A DNA stretch of 63,654 nucleotides, filler included, from Octopus bimaculoides (GCF_001194135.2; 4 parts of 4 records of this genome joined end to end with filler, not necessarily neighbours in it); one strand, 5' to 3'. Numbered from the whole stretch's first letter, positions 15,073 to 27,343 are shown. Notes: generated by a model from the sequence alone, not told the origin. Numbers and translations: made by a program.

Positions 15073-16255
15073 GTACATATACGTATCTATATACACACAT
15101 GTATCACACATGTACCTAACTATCTTAATTTATAGTACCATCGCTGCAGGAATGAATTCTCTGTCTGCTGTGATTTTCCAAGATTTCTTGAAACCATACT
15201 GTCTTAAAGGAATGTCCGATGCAAAATCAACGATTGCTACAAAAGTTTTAGGTAAGATGCGATATTTTCAATGATTTTTAAAAAAAAAAATTTTACTTCC
15301 TGGATCTTGAAGAAAGGGCACTGCCCATGGCATTTCCAGGGCCTGCGAGTGAGATGCCAGTAATGTTCCGCTTGAACTGCTGTAAGTCGACACCTGCAGG
15401 AAATACACGAGGAGAGAAAAGATACCACAGGACCGATGTTTTGAGAAGGAAGAACTGAGAAATGCAGTTAGTGTAGTGCGGGACCTGAGCGCTGGATACA
15501 AATGTCGTGAGAGGTAGAGAGATAAATAAGTGGAGAGTATCTAAGACCAGTTGACAGAGAAGCAGGTGCCATTATAGTAGTTATTGAAAAGACAGAGGAG
15601 AGATGACATTTGTGGACCAGAAGCAGGAGCGTATCTGTGAAGCAAAATTAGTACTGAGAACGCAATGTGTATCATTTGAGAAAGCTCTATAACAGAGACT
15701 TTATTTACGTATTGCAAACGAAACAGAGCTTGCTTAAAATATAATATTCTCAGACTTCTTGGGTGACATACTCCGAAATTAAAACAGATTGGAGTGATAC
15801 GCTTGGAGCAATAAGCAAACACGTTCTATTGTAGCTGGTGACAATAGTTAATATCTTTCATGTTTTGTGGTGTTGCTTTTAGTTGAAGGAGTATAAAATG
15901 TTGGTTTCAAATTAGGTCTTCCCAATTGCTTAGATGAAAGATTTCTTCCAGATAGTATTGTTGATATTGGTGACGAATAAGATACAATATGTGCAGATGT
16001 TGACAAGTGAGGTGTAGCAAGTTATTTTCTCGATGTATTGCAACGAACTGACGAAAGATGGTCAATATCTATTATATTTTTTATTCACTTGTTATGTAAC
16101 TACACAAGTGCAATGAGTTAGAAGAAAACACAAAAGTATAGTGGATGATAGTCTGTTTGCGTTAAAAATCTCTTGTCTAGTCATTCTAGTAATCTGCCAT
16201 TGATTGGGAGGCTCACGTGAAAGAAATTTGTTAAGGTGTGTGTGTGTATGTGTGC

Positions 16256-16308
<53 letters not shown>

Positions 16309-17354
16309 CGTGCAATTCAGTCTCGACGAAATTGTTAAAAATATCAGAAAGTCAACGAAAGAATTGCTTAAAAGTCACCAAATGAACTGGCTGTTTTTTC
16401 AGGTATTACGAATATATAGCTGTGTTAAAGCTGAACTAACTCACTGAAATTAGAATTGAATGAGCTTATCTAGATTCATCTTTGCATAACCTAAGATGAT
16501 GGCAAATATAGCAGGCTGAATAAATAAATTTTAAAAGCACAATCCTCGAACAGTGGAAACGAACATAAAGACTGAGGTTTCGATCCTTGGTTACGAACCC
16601 GTTGTATATTTTCTACATTTCGCTATCATGGTAACAATAAAAAACTAACAACAAATAATTTAAGATATTCTATTGCTCTTGTTATTGTTGGGTAGGATTC
16701 AGGATCGTAAGGTCGTGAGTTCGATTCCCGGCGGCGCGTTATGTCCTTGAGCAAGACACTTTATTTCACGTTGCTCCAGTCCATTCAGCTGGCAAAAAAT
16801 GAGATTCATGCTCAATCTACTTGAGAACTACGTTAAGGGTTCGCATGTCTGTGGAGTGTTCAGCCACTTGCACGCTAATTTCTCGAGAAGGATGTTCCGT
16901 AGATCAGATCAACTGGAACCCACGTCGTCGTAACTGACAGAGGGCCAGTTGTTGTTTAACTCCTGTTTAGCTTTGGTAAAAAAACAAATAGATAGCTAGA
17001 TAGATATGTGTGTGTGCGCGTGCGTGCGCACGTGTGAAGGCACGTGGCCTAATGGTTAGGGTGTTGCACTTAAGATAGCTATATCGTGGGTTCGATTCCC
17101 GGACTGGGCATCGCGTTGTGTTCTTGAACAAGATACTTCATTCCACGTTGCTCCAATCCGCTTAGCTCTAAACAGGCAACCCTGCGACGGGCTAACCTTC
17201 AGATCGGGAGGAATGTTGGCCTGCTCGACTAGCCAGCGGGATGGTGTCATTCGAAAGCTAAAAACAATGCATTGTGACCGGCTATGTAAAGCAGCTTTCG
17301 ATGGTCTGTTCGATCATGATTACGTACATACATACATTCACACACACACACACA

Positions 17355-17389
<35 letters not shown>

Positions 17390-20300
17390 GCGCNNNNNNN
17401 NNNNNNNNNNNNNNNNNNNNNNNNNNNNNNNNNNNNNNNNNNNNNNNNNNNNNNNNNNNNNNNNNNNNNNNNNNNNNNNNNNNNNNNNNNNNNNNNNNNN
17501 NNNNNNNNNNNNNNNNNNNNNNNNNNNNNNNNNNNNNNTATATATATATATATATTTAAATATGTGTGTGCACGTACTGTACTGGATTTTGGCACATGCT
17601 GAACAAGCAGTAGCTTTCTACGTTTAAACTGGTGGTCTCTCAAGCTACAGAGGACTCAAAATAAGCAAAAAGCATTTGTGATTTCTAATATTTGTGAGAT
17701 CTTTTAGTGTAAAACTTTAACCAAAAGAGTGCAAGCTTGATATAGCTTATCCCCTTCACTAAGTCTATGTCCGGCGCTTTTTGAAATAGAATTGATCTCA
17801 GTAAGTTATCAGATTGATATCCTATTTTTAATTCCAGCTCTGTGTTTGGGCGTCTTGTGTTTGGCAGCAACAGTCGGTGCCTCGAAACTCGGTGGAATCC
17901 TTCAAGTAAGTAACACTGCATTCTAAATGATTTCCACAATATTTATTTTTCATAAAAGTACAAAGTTTCAAATATGAGGAAAATGAGTAGTCGATTATTT
18001 TTACCTCAGTTCTTGACTGGTACTTTATTTTATGGACTTCGAATGACGAAAGGCAACTTGACCTCCGTGAGATTTTAACTCAAAGCATAAAGAAAAGAAT
18101 TAAAACAACTACCATACAGCATTTTGTACGACGCTCTTATGATTCCTCCAGCAAATGATATTGGTTTCAAATTTTGGCACAAAGCCAGCAAGATCGAGGG
18201 AGGGATTAAATCGATTACATCGACTCCAGTGTTCAACTGGTACTTATTTTATCGACCCCGACAGGATGAAAGGTAAAGTCGACCTCGGCGGAATTTGACC
18301 TCAGAACGTATAGGCTTCCTTATGATTCTGTCAGCTTATCATCTTTTACCAGTAAAAAATTTTGCGACACGGTAGTGTCGGATAGAATATTTTACGGCAT
18401 TTATTTGCGATTCATTATTATCTGATTTTGGATCCTGCTGAGGTCAGGTTTGCCTTTAATCTTTCTAGGATCGACAAGTCTAAATGTGAGACTTTGTGCC
18501 TTTCTTGGAAAAGTAAAAATTGTTAAAAGCAGGGATTAAGGACCATTTGCGGTATGATTACAACAATGGCTTTTTGGACATTTATGGTCCGGAATCTCTT
18601 ATAATTTGCATTAATTTCCGCAGCCGCCAGACTAGTACTGATACCTCACACAGACTTAATATAATTTATCCTAATGAATAGGTACCTGCATTTCATTTAA
18701 ATAAATTTATTATTTGTTTAATTTCGAGTGTGTTACCGAGGTAACCACCACTGGTTCGGAAAAATCCGCAATACGGAATGACTTTGAAACTAACGGTTCT
18801 GGAAATTCGATGTTGTGTTTGTACCACAATTATAGAAATTAATATAGTAATCATTTGGAGACTTATATCATGTTTTACTTATCATGTAAAGGTTACAGAA
18901 CATTTTCTCTTAAATTTCTGTGAACAATAGCGTCGTTGCTAACGGGTTTCCAGCAGGCTTGACGGCATTTATGATGGTGAAAATGACAGGGGATTACCTC
19001 TGCATTTCGAGCGGAACAAATGTTAAGGTGTTTGTTGGAAAGCACTTGTCTTGGTCTTCTCGTACATGCTTACATATTTTTCCGGCGTGCGCGCGCTCGA
19101 GCACAGACACAGATACAAACATACGCGCGCGCGCGGAGAATCATGTGCCTTGTTTATGAAGGCACAATGAAACATCTGACACGAATCCACGTCCCATAAA
19201 CTAACCATTCAGCAATCAGTTTATCTCAGCGAATGAGAAGTATTTATTGAATCATGTCTGTTGTGCAAGTAATTTGAATGATCGCATTGAGACCAGCTTA
19301 CTGGCTGGTTGAGTATATGTATACTTATGAGTGTGCGCGCGCGTGCGTGCGTGTGTGTTTGTGTGGACATTCGGTTGTGTATGTATTTATGTACGTGAGA
19401 ATGTAATTTTCAGCTGTCGATAGAAAAGATATGTTCATGTTAAGGAACTTTTTAATATTTATCCTGTTAGACAGCATCCATGAAACTTTATGCTTTAGAT
19501 CCTCTGAAACAGGCGGAAGGATGCGAGAAGTTATCTCAAATCGGAGACCATGCCTGAATATTTCCAACAGAATGTTGTCGCTAAAGGCAGTGATATTAAC
19601 AGGAATTATTGATGTGAAATATATAGTATAAACAAGTAGTGTAAGCATTCGAGTATCATCTTTGTGTTTCCAAATCCTACCGCATTTCACATGGCATTTT
19701 TGGTTCTCGGACGTCGTCTTAGTGTAGAAGTTGACCTACGTCTTTGGGGACTGTAAATTTTTGATCAGAAAAATTTGACTTGTGTATCGGAAAGTACTGT
19801 AAGTCTGCTTACTATCTAAGAACTCAGAATGCGAAGAGCGAGAACGAATAGCAGAAGACATCTCGTCCGTCACTCAAATCCACTAATCCAACGTTGTGGA
19901 CTGGTGCTTTATTTTACCGATCTCTGACGGATGAACGCTGAGATGGCCGATTAGTTAAGAAGGTCGATTTGCAATCATGTAGTCCTGAGTTTTTAATTTA
20001 ATATTCTGCACACTCTTATTTATCTACTTCGACTTCCATCGTTAAACATAATTTACTTCATATTTATAGAAGTTTCTAAACTCTCAGTAGGGGGCGAAGA
20101 AAGTTGGAAGTGTCACTTTGGTATAATGGCTAGCAGTCTGTCATATTCACCGATGTCACTTCGAGTCCCATTGGAAGCCTTCGACTCTACACCCTATAAT
20201 CTAATAGCTTTATCTACTTCGAGTTCCACCGTTAAAAATAATTTACTTCAATTCTCTCGAAGTTTCTAAATCATTATAATTAAAAAGAAAATATTTTCTT

Positions 20301-21191
20301 AACATGAACACGCCTTTTCAATCGGCAGCAGCTAATTGCGCGAGTGCACACACGCAACCCCACCACACGCAATTATATAGGCCCTGGGCACATCATTAGT
20401 CAAGTTTTTTTGCTGACCGGTGACACAGTCTCCTACTCGTATAATTCCGACTATTCATCCCAAACAACGTTCCTTATGGCGCCACTTTGACATTTGCCTC
20501 CGTCTTGTGAGCTTACACTCCCTCCAAGGGGACACTGCTGGCTAAATTAACAACCACTGCACTACATAAATATATTATCGTGTAAAGTCTTGCTCTATGT
20601 AATATAACATAAATAACATAGAATTTTACCGTTGCAGGCGGCATTGGCTCTTTATGGTTGTTTATCATCACCAATGCTCGGGTTATTTACTCTTGGAATA
20701 ATCTTTCCGTGGGCAAATGCTTGGGTAAGTATTTAAGCATTTATATAATTTACTCTATTCTATCTTATTAACGTTCATTTTTTTCTCACAATCTAAATGT
20801 CATCTACATGTTTACTTCTACATGTCTATGCATCTATTTCTACATGTCTTGGTATCTAGGTTTTTGTCTTTATATGGACTATTCACTCACCCCCTCTTGT
20901 CTTCCCCTACCTCTCTCTCTCTCTCCATAGGCACCTGTGTCTGAGACTCTGTCTACACATATATTGTTGTCTATATTTCTCTGTCAACGTATGTACCTCT
21001 TTTCGCGTCTCTCTGTCTATAAATGTACTAGTGTTTATATCTCTCTGTGTATATGACCACTCGTGTCTATGTCTTCCTCTGAATATGTATTGGTGACTAT
21101 GTCTCTGTCTCCATATGTACCAGTGACTATTTCTCTCTAGTTAAATATATACCGGTCTTTCTCTCTCTCCACACGCACACACACACATATT

Positions 21192-21281
<90 letters not shown>

Positions 21282-22261
21282 TATATGTCTCCTTTTGTCT
21301 AGATACCAGCATTTATGCCTGTCTATTGATGTATGTACTCTGTCTACATCGATACTAGTAGCTGTGTCTCTTTGTCTACATGTGTACTTGTGTATAGATT
21401 TATATATTTAATTGTATGATCTGGCTTTTCATTTTGCAATACATTTTTATAGGGAGCTCTCGCTGGAGTCTTATCTAGTATTTCTATAATGACTTGGATC
21501 TCAGTCGGCCATTACAGTTCGAAAGTTAGAGCATACATGCCACCAGTTAGCGTTGCGGGATGTGGAATCAATATTACATCTTTAGCTGAAAATGTCACAA
21601 TAGTGAATAAATCCGCATTGCCAGAATATGTTTATCCGTAAGTACTGATAATTTTCTTCCTTTAAAATCTTTGATATTTTTCTGCCACAGACTATGTACG
21701 TAATGCTATAATTATGGAACAACATCGATGACAATCTTTTATATACAAAACATTATTTGCGAGACAATTGACTGATAACTTTATTCGTATTTTGTTGTTG
21801 TTTGTTTTTCCCCGAGACATGCCCAGCTCATAAGGGCCGGTTTCCCGGTTTCAGTGGCGTTTAGGTTCTCTTCCTGGATAGGACACCAGTCCATCGCAAG
21901 TGAGCTGCTATATGCAGGAGGAAAGAGTGTCGCCATTACCTTCTGCCGGAGCCGCGTTTCACTCATAAACACATACTTAACCCGGTTTGATGCTCTAACC
22001 ACTAGGCCATGTGCCTCCACATATTTGTATATGCATTTTATTATTAGATTTTGTTAGATTTCGTCTTCTATTCGTTGAATTTGTCTCCAGCTTTATGAAT
22101 GAATTTACAGGCTAAATATTTTCAGCGTAGTGATATTATTACATTATAGATACAGTTTTGAGAGTGAAGAAGAGAAACAAGTCTCACCTCTCACGGAAGG
22201 ACTTGAATCACGTTTCATGCCGGGAGAACTCGTAACCATTTACACCTTTTAATCCACCTCT

Positions 22262-22324
<63 letters not shown>

Positions 22325-23735
22325 TTCTTTCTTTCTTTTTCTCTTTAGCTCTCTATCTCTCTGTGTCCGTCTCTGTCTCCCTTCCCCCTCTCTCTATCTT
22401 TATCGCTTCGTTTAATTTTGCCTTTCTCTGTGTCTCTCTCTGAAATTACAAGGGCCGGCTGAAAAGTTCATAGCTGACCAAGGAAATCGCATGGAATGTG
22501 ACCAAATGAGGTTTATTTTTCAACATAGTCTGACTTACAAGAAACTGTACATTCCACTCCTTAAATACTAAGATCTATGCTATAATTTATTAGTCAAAAT
22601 ACAAAACTATTGTCTCATATACAATTACAGAAAAAACTGCCCTGGGATAAATATAAAGAACATTCTTTTCTGTGGAATACATTCATATATATCAGCCCAA
22701 GGAATACTGGCAAAACATTTTACCAAGTGCAAACATAACAAGCCTGACAAAGTTATTTGGGACAGAAAAGTAATGTACAGTTATAAGTTGCCCTGCGGAT
22801 ACAAACATCTTTTCCAAAATCAGAGTGAAGGAGAATATCTATGGCGAATTGCTTCGAAACTGACAACTCTTGTACTCTGATTGTAAATTTACATTCATAC
22901 CAATAATCATTAGTGCACTCAGTTATGTTAATAAATCTGTAGAAACTAGAATTTTAAAGTAAAGAAAGAGACCGACTGTTAGGAACTTTACAGTTACAAT
23001 CTGTAAATGGATACATACATACATATACATACATACATACCCTGTTGTTTATGTTGAAATTCCAATGAAAGAGCCTTGGATCTAGGTTTGAAACCGACTC
23101 TTTCTCTATTAGCAAGAAGTCTTGATATGAAACCGAATGTCATACAGTTTTCTGAAAATTCACGCTTCATAAGAAAATAGGCACTCATATATTAGGTGAG
23201 GATGTTGTTATTATTAAGAAAACAATATTATAGTGTCATAATAGCCAAATTAATAATTGGTTTCATTCCAGAGATAGAGAACTAACTCTGATAATCATCA
23301 CAGATGACTAGAAAGAAAAAGTATATTACTAGCTAGCTAGATAGATAGATAGATACAGACAGGCTGAAAAGAAGAGGACAACTGACATGCTTAGAACCAC
23401 AAATTTATTATTTGCTAGGCGACCGTTACCAATTACACCATAGAACAACTATCATTTGATAGCGTTAGATACGAAGGTTTGCGTTAGATCGATATGCTTC
23501 GTTGTTCGTTTTGGTCTCAGATTTTAAGCTGAATATCTTTGCGCTTAATTGATTTGCAACAATGACAATGTTTTATGCTAATATGTAATGTTGTAATGGT
23601 TGAATGAATAAACATTTTATTCATTTATTTACAGAACTGGTATCGAAGGACTATACAGCGTTTCGTATCTTTGGTATAACGTAATGGCTTTCGCTATTGT
23701 TATAATTGTGGGCCTTGCTGTCAGTTTTGCAACCG
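3077..23735 (+). CDS. Partial multi-exon gene: sodium:solute symporter, SLC5A5/A6/A8/A12 (NIS/SMVT/SMCT)-like; 8 exons visible, 5' and 3' ends and one internal exon absent
   Basis: Eight GT-AG exons whose phases chain correctly except at one junction (10363 to 15136). They translate to SSF-family motifs [67 protein letters not shown] and YSVSYLWY. The exact vertebrate orthologue cannot be assigned without a tree. Confidence 0.95.
4405..4800 (-). mobile_element. RTE-clade LINE 3' fragment (decayed)
   Basis: Minus strand reads [46 protein letters not shown]...[16 protein letters not shown], the typical RTE ORF C-terminus. Confidence 0.75.
6260..8310 (-). mobile_element. Fossil hAT transposase (ZMYM1/Tip100-like), frameshifted, antisense inside an intron
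   Basis: Minus-strand blocks [43 protein letters not shown] and C-terminal [18 protein letters not shown]; many stops and an N gap. Confidence 0.85.
8725..8865 (+). CDS. SLC5-like exon (141 bp, phase 2 to 2): [46 protein letters not shown]
   Basis: ctcatag|G acceptor, TT|gtaagt donor; DPxxRHTxW and YGxNQAQxQR motifs. Confidence 0.96.
9788..10002 (-). mobile_element. SINE family B copy (head GGCGGTGAGCTGGCAGAATCG..TTCTGAGTTCAAATTCCGCCGAGGTCGAC)
   Basis: Reverse complement matches the + copies at 10708 and 13892. Confidence 0.85.
10234..10363 (+). CDS. SLC5-like exon (130 bp, phase 2 to 0): [43 protein letters not shown]
   Basis: ttttttccag|A acceptor, CAG|gtaagc donor; TM helix followed by CDPL..DQ. 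Confidence 0.96.
10708..10946 (+). mobile_element. SINE family B copy
   Basis: tRNA-like A/B boxes (AGCTGG..GG; GAGTTCAAATTCC); multiple homologues in the window. Confidence 0.85.
12572..13068 (+). mobile_element. R4/Dong-type non-LTR retrotransposon 3' end (restriction-like endonuclease C-terminus plus 3' UTR)
   Basis: [50 protein letters not shown]...KTFQNFII* (stop 12875-12877); bounded by (CATA)n. Confidence 0.75.
13892..14100 (+). mobile_element. SINE family B copy
   Basis: Close match to 10708-10946 over the head and body. Confidence 0.85.
15136..15251 (+). CDS. SLC5-like exon (116 bp, phase 2 to 1): (S)[38 protein letters not shown]
   Basis: tttatag|T acceptor, TTAG|gtaaga donor; STxxxxxNSLxAVxxxDxxKP motif. 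Confidence 0.93.
15330..15720 (-). mobile_element. CR1/L2-group LINE 3' fragment (decayed)
   Basis: Minus strand reads [15 protein letters not shown], then (after frameshifts) [27 protein letters not shown], resembling CR1/Crack C-termini. Confidence 0.55.
16690..16950 (+). mobile_element. SINE family C copy
   Basis: B-box GAGTTCGATTCCC, then GTGTCCTTGAGCAAGACACTTT; body is the reverse complement of 45543-45720. Confidence 0.8.
17036..17310 (+). mobile_element. SINE family C-related copy
   Basis: GAAGGCACGTGGCCTAATGGTTAGG A-box, GGTTCGATTCCC B-box, same post-head segment as 16690. Confidence 0.75.
17838..17905 (+). CDS. SLC5-like exon (68 bp, phase 1 to 0): (A)[22 protein letters not shown]
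   Basis: attccag|CT acceptor, CAA|gtaagt donor; phases match both neighbouring exons; hydrophobic helix ending in LGGILQ; not in the ORF track. Confidence 0.92.
17960..18500. mobile_element. Cluster of three SINE family B copies (two minus, one diverged plus)
   Basis: AAAGTCGACCTCGGCGGAATTTG motifs at ~18050 and ~18275; reverse-orientation diverged copy at ~18360-18500. Confidence 0.7.
20638..20724 (+). CDS. SLC5-like exon (87 bp, phase 0 to 0): [29 protein letters not shown]
   Basis: gttgcag|GCG acceptor, TGG|gtaagt donor; PxLGLFxLGxxFPWAN motif. Confidence 0.96.
21453..21637 (+). CDS. SLC5-like exon (185 bp, phase 0 to 2): [61 protein letters not shown]
   Basis: tttttatag|GGA acceptor, CC|gtaagt donor; TM helix, then a loop with PxSVxGC and three N-x-S/T sequons (NIT, NVT, NKS). 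Confidence 0.95.
21795..22020 (-). mobile_element. tRNA-headed SINE, minus strand
   Basis: Reverse complement begins GGAGGCACATGGCCTAGTGGTTAGAGC and contains GCGATGGACTGGTGTCCTATCCAGG. Confidence 0.7.
22447..22530. mobile_element. mariner-type TIR fragment
   Basis: TACAAGGGCCGGCTGAAAAGTTCA resembles the TIR of the mariner MITE at 35461. Confidence 0.45.
22640..23140 (+). mobile_element. Older R4/Dong-type LINE 3' fragment
   Basis: [16 protein letters not shown] (PD motif of the RLE), then [22 protein letters not shown]; the post-(CATA)n tail CCCTGTTG..GAAATTCCAATGAA..GATCTAGG is shared with the 13014 copy. Confidence 0.7.
23635..23735 (+). CDS. SLC5-like exon (101 bp, phase 2 to 1): (P)[33 protein letters not shown]
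   Basis: tttacag|A acceptor, ACCG|gtaagt donor; YxxSYLWY..GLxVSxxTG last-TM motif. Confidence 0.95.
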
Positions 23736-24775
23736 GTAAGTGTGATAGGGTGTTGGTAAAAGTATGTTTGTTAATTTGTCTGTATGTGTTATATAAGCAA
23801 GTTGAGGTACTTCTAAACATTTCTGAAGTGATGTAGAGTGCAATAAACGTCGAACCCTTCACCTGCAATTTTATACTCTTGAACCAGAAGAGATTTCTAA
23901 TATAGTGGAGAAATACATTAATTATATCAACTCCGAAGAGTTGTAAAGAAAACTCAACCTTGACGGGATTTGAGCTTAGGACGTAGAGAATCGTAACTCA
24001 GTATGTTCTGATATTCTGTCCGCTTATCTACCGAATCTATTTGTACATCATCATCCCGTACATCAACATCATTGCTACTGATGTTGTTGTTTAGCCCTCG
24101 CTTAATGCTGAATAAGTAGACTAATGATTCAACGCATTCCATCCATGGTCATCCCGGTTGTTTGTCTTTAAGTGTATAAATGTATAATCTACATTATTTT
24201 ATGTATCCTTCTTTTTATAAGATGGCAGAGTCGATCGATCATTTAGGGGCTTTCTCATTTACTCGTGAGACAATGCGTATTATCAGTGGTACTGTTCTTG
24301 AAGTATTACAGTATCAAATTTGGTATATTGTAATTACTGTATCAAATTTAACATTTCTGTACACCTGCTGAATGTAATAAGGTCAAACGTGAGAAGGCCG
24401 AACGTGTGATGTCCAAATTTCAGATAATTGAACAGTCAGAATACTGTAAGCTTGAAAGACTGAAAACTCAAAATATCGAATTCATCGAAAGATCTAAATA
24501 TCAAATTTTGAAATATTTTAGCGAAAAGTAAGAAAATCACCCTTAAAAGACATTTATTTACAGTTTATATCAACATGTCTGTGGCTTTCGATCGGCTAAA
24601 ATTACCCCAAATTTGCAAATTTTAAAAGCTATCCACTTTTTATTTATTGATTTATGGCAAAAATGAATTCTATGTCAATGATTACTTTACAAAACTACAT
24701 CAACACACCAAATATGAAATCAATTGGAACAAAAATTGAAGAAAATGAAAAATAACAGCCAAACAGAAGAGATCC

Positions 24776-24875
24776 NNNNNNNNNNNNNNNNNNNNNNNNN
24801 NNNNNNNNNNNNNNNNNNNTTAATTAATTAANNNNNNNNNNNNNNNNNNNNNNNNNNNNNNNNNNNNNNNNNNNN
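24776..24875. other. Artificial scaffold linker (44N-TTAATTAATTAA-44N)
   Basis: Identical 100-bp structure three times in the window; the 12-mer gives stops in all six frames. Confidence 0.95.
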
Positions 24876-24911
24876 TATATATATATATATATGTATATGT
24901 ATAAATACATC

Positions 24912-24947
<36 letters not shown>

Positions 24948-25654
24948 TGTAAGTATATATTTATATGTGTGTGTCTTTGTGTCCAAGGCAAAGTTGACGT
25001 CGGTGGAATTTGAACTCAGAACGTAAAAATGGATGAAATGTCACTAAACATCTTGCCTGGCATGCTAAAGATTCTGTCACCTTGCTGCCTTATGCACACA
25101 CACACACATCAATATTTGTTTTTATGTTCAGTTATAATAAAACAATTTTACATTAATCTGATAGTTACTCTATAGTTTTGTAGAGTACAAATTTATTATT
25201 CTCAGAAAAAGAATGTTGTTGTCAGATACTTCAAAGTTTCAGCCAGCTAAGCGGATAATTCCATCAGGTCATATGATGATGTTGAGGCTAACCCATTGGC
25301 TAAGTTCTAGGTGAAGATGTTTAATATGCAGTTCATCTCTCTTTCTTTCTTACTCTCCCTTTTCTCACATATACATGAACACATACACATATGGACAGGT
25401 ATAAACATGCATACACATACACAGAGACACACATGCATATATGTACAGTTACATATCCGGACAGGTCTTCTGAAAATCTAAAAATTTCCAGACAATTTGA
25501 ATGGTAAACATAAATTTCTTCACTTATGCTGTTTCTATGTATCATGAATGCATAAAGATGTGTATATATAACTTCTAAATGACTGAGTATACAATATGTA
25601 TATATTCATATAAATAAATGATTATGAATGTGTGTATACATACATAATATATAA

Positions 25655-25703
<49 letters not shown>

Positions 25704-26513
25704 TGTGTATGTATGTACGCATATATATATATTAGACAATGACAAATATTTATGTGTTTATGATTCTAAAACACATACATATATTGCTATCTCGGCCATA
25801 TTTTTCAAATGAATTTGAAATTTAAGAAATTTCTTTAGAATTTTCTTTTCCCACTTTTTCTAATTTTTCCTTTTTTTTCTAATTTTTCCTTTTTTTTCTA
25901 ATTTTTTCCTTTCATTTTTGCAAAGTATTTTTTTTTTTTACTGTTCTGGAATTTTTCTCAAGTACTTTAAAAAGAGGGTGAGAAAGAGACAGAGAGAGAG
26001 GGAGAGAGAAAGAAGGAAAAAGAAATAAGAGAGAGAAAATATTGTTTCAAGCAAAGAACTCTCCTTTTTCACCCTCTCTGATGCACACAGACTCACAGAC
26101 ACATGAACACACAACATACACATACTCATACACATGCATAATCACACACATATTTTTTTATTATAAAATAATTAAAATAAAAATGGTGTGCAATCCGAAA
26201 TTGCCAAAACGGAATATAATTAGTTAATAAATTTTCTTAAGCGTTGAAAGGAATGAAAATCAAAGAGAAACTGCGATGCATATAATAACAAGGATATTAG
26301 ATTATGCTGCATGTCAATAACAAGGATATCGGATTCTGAAACCACATCAATAATAATAATAATAATAATGAAATAGGATACTGTATTGTAAGGTGGGTTG
26401 AATGAAACGAACAAAATTTATACTACCACTTGTATAAATCATATCGTGAAAATTGCATGAAGCTTCTATCTACTATGGATATACATACATACACACATGC
26501 ATACACACACAAA

Positions 26514-26550
<37 letters not shown>

Positions 26551-27105
26551 CTATATATATGAATGTGCATGTGTATGTATGTCTATATATGTATGTAACT
26601 GTGTTTATATGTGCACACATAAACACATAAGGAGACCAGAAAAATAAAATAAAAAAAGGACCTTTGAATAATGAGTTTCCTCTTACTTTTTTTCAAAAAA
26701 ATTAAGTTATATTTATGCCAATTCTAACATTGTTTCTCTTTGATTTAGACAGGATGCCGGAAATACCNNNNNNNNNNNNNNNNNNNNNNNNNNNNNNNNN
26801 NNNNNNNNNNNNNNNNNNNNNNNNNNNNNNNNNNNNNNNNNNNNNNNNNNNNNNNNNNNNNNNNNNNNNNNNNNNNNNNNNNNNNNNNNNNNNNNNNNNN
26901 NNNNNNNNNNNNNNNNNNNNNNNNNNNNNNNNNNNNNNNNNNNNNNNNNNNNNNNNNNNNNNNNNNNNNNNNNNNNNNNNNNNNNNNNNNNNNNNNNNNN
27001 NNNNNNNNNNNNNNNNNNNNTATGTTTATATATATATATATGTAAGATCCAAGGATTGAGGTGTTTCTTATTTTTATTACATCAGTGTTGTGTAATATAA
27101 ACTGC

Positions 27106-27163
<58 letters not shown>

Positions 27164-27307
27164 GTTTGGTAATATTTATTCACCATTACATATGCTTCAT
27201 TTCTTAATAGGAATTACAAAATTGTACGTGTAGAAACGTGATTTATCGCCTATTAGAAATTCTGCAGGCAGAGAATCGTTTAATATATTTGTCACATATA
27301 TAAATAT

Positions 27308-27343
<36 letters not shown>

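Noticed and set aside
19325-19690. 121-aa minus-strand ORF and overlapping 66-aa plus ORF
   Set aside because: No recognisable motif or supported splice chain; partly microsatellite.
24222-24268. Candidate terminal exon (D)GRVDRSFRGFLIYS* behind a good polypyrimidine acceptor
   Set aside because: It would turn the usual TG at the junction into TD and shows no convincing similarity to SLC5 tails; needs transcript evidence.
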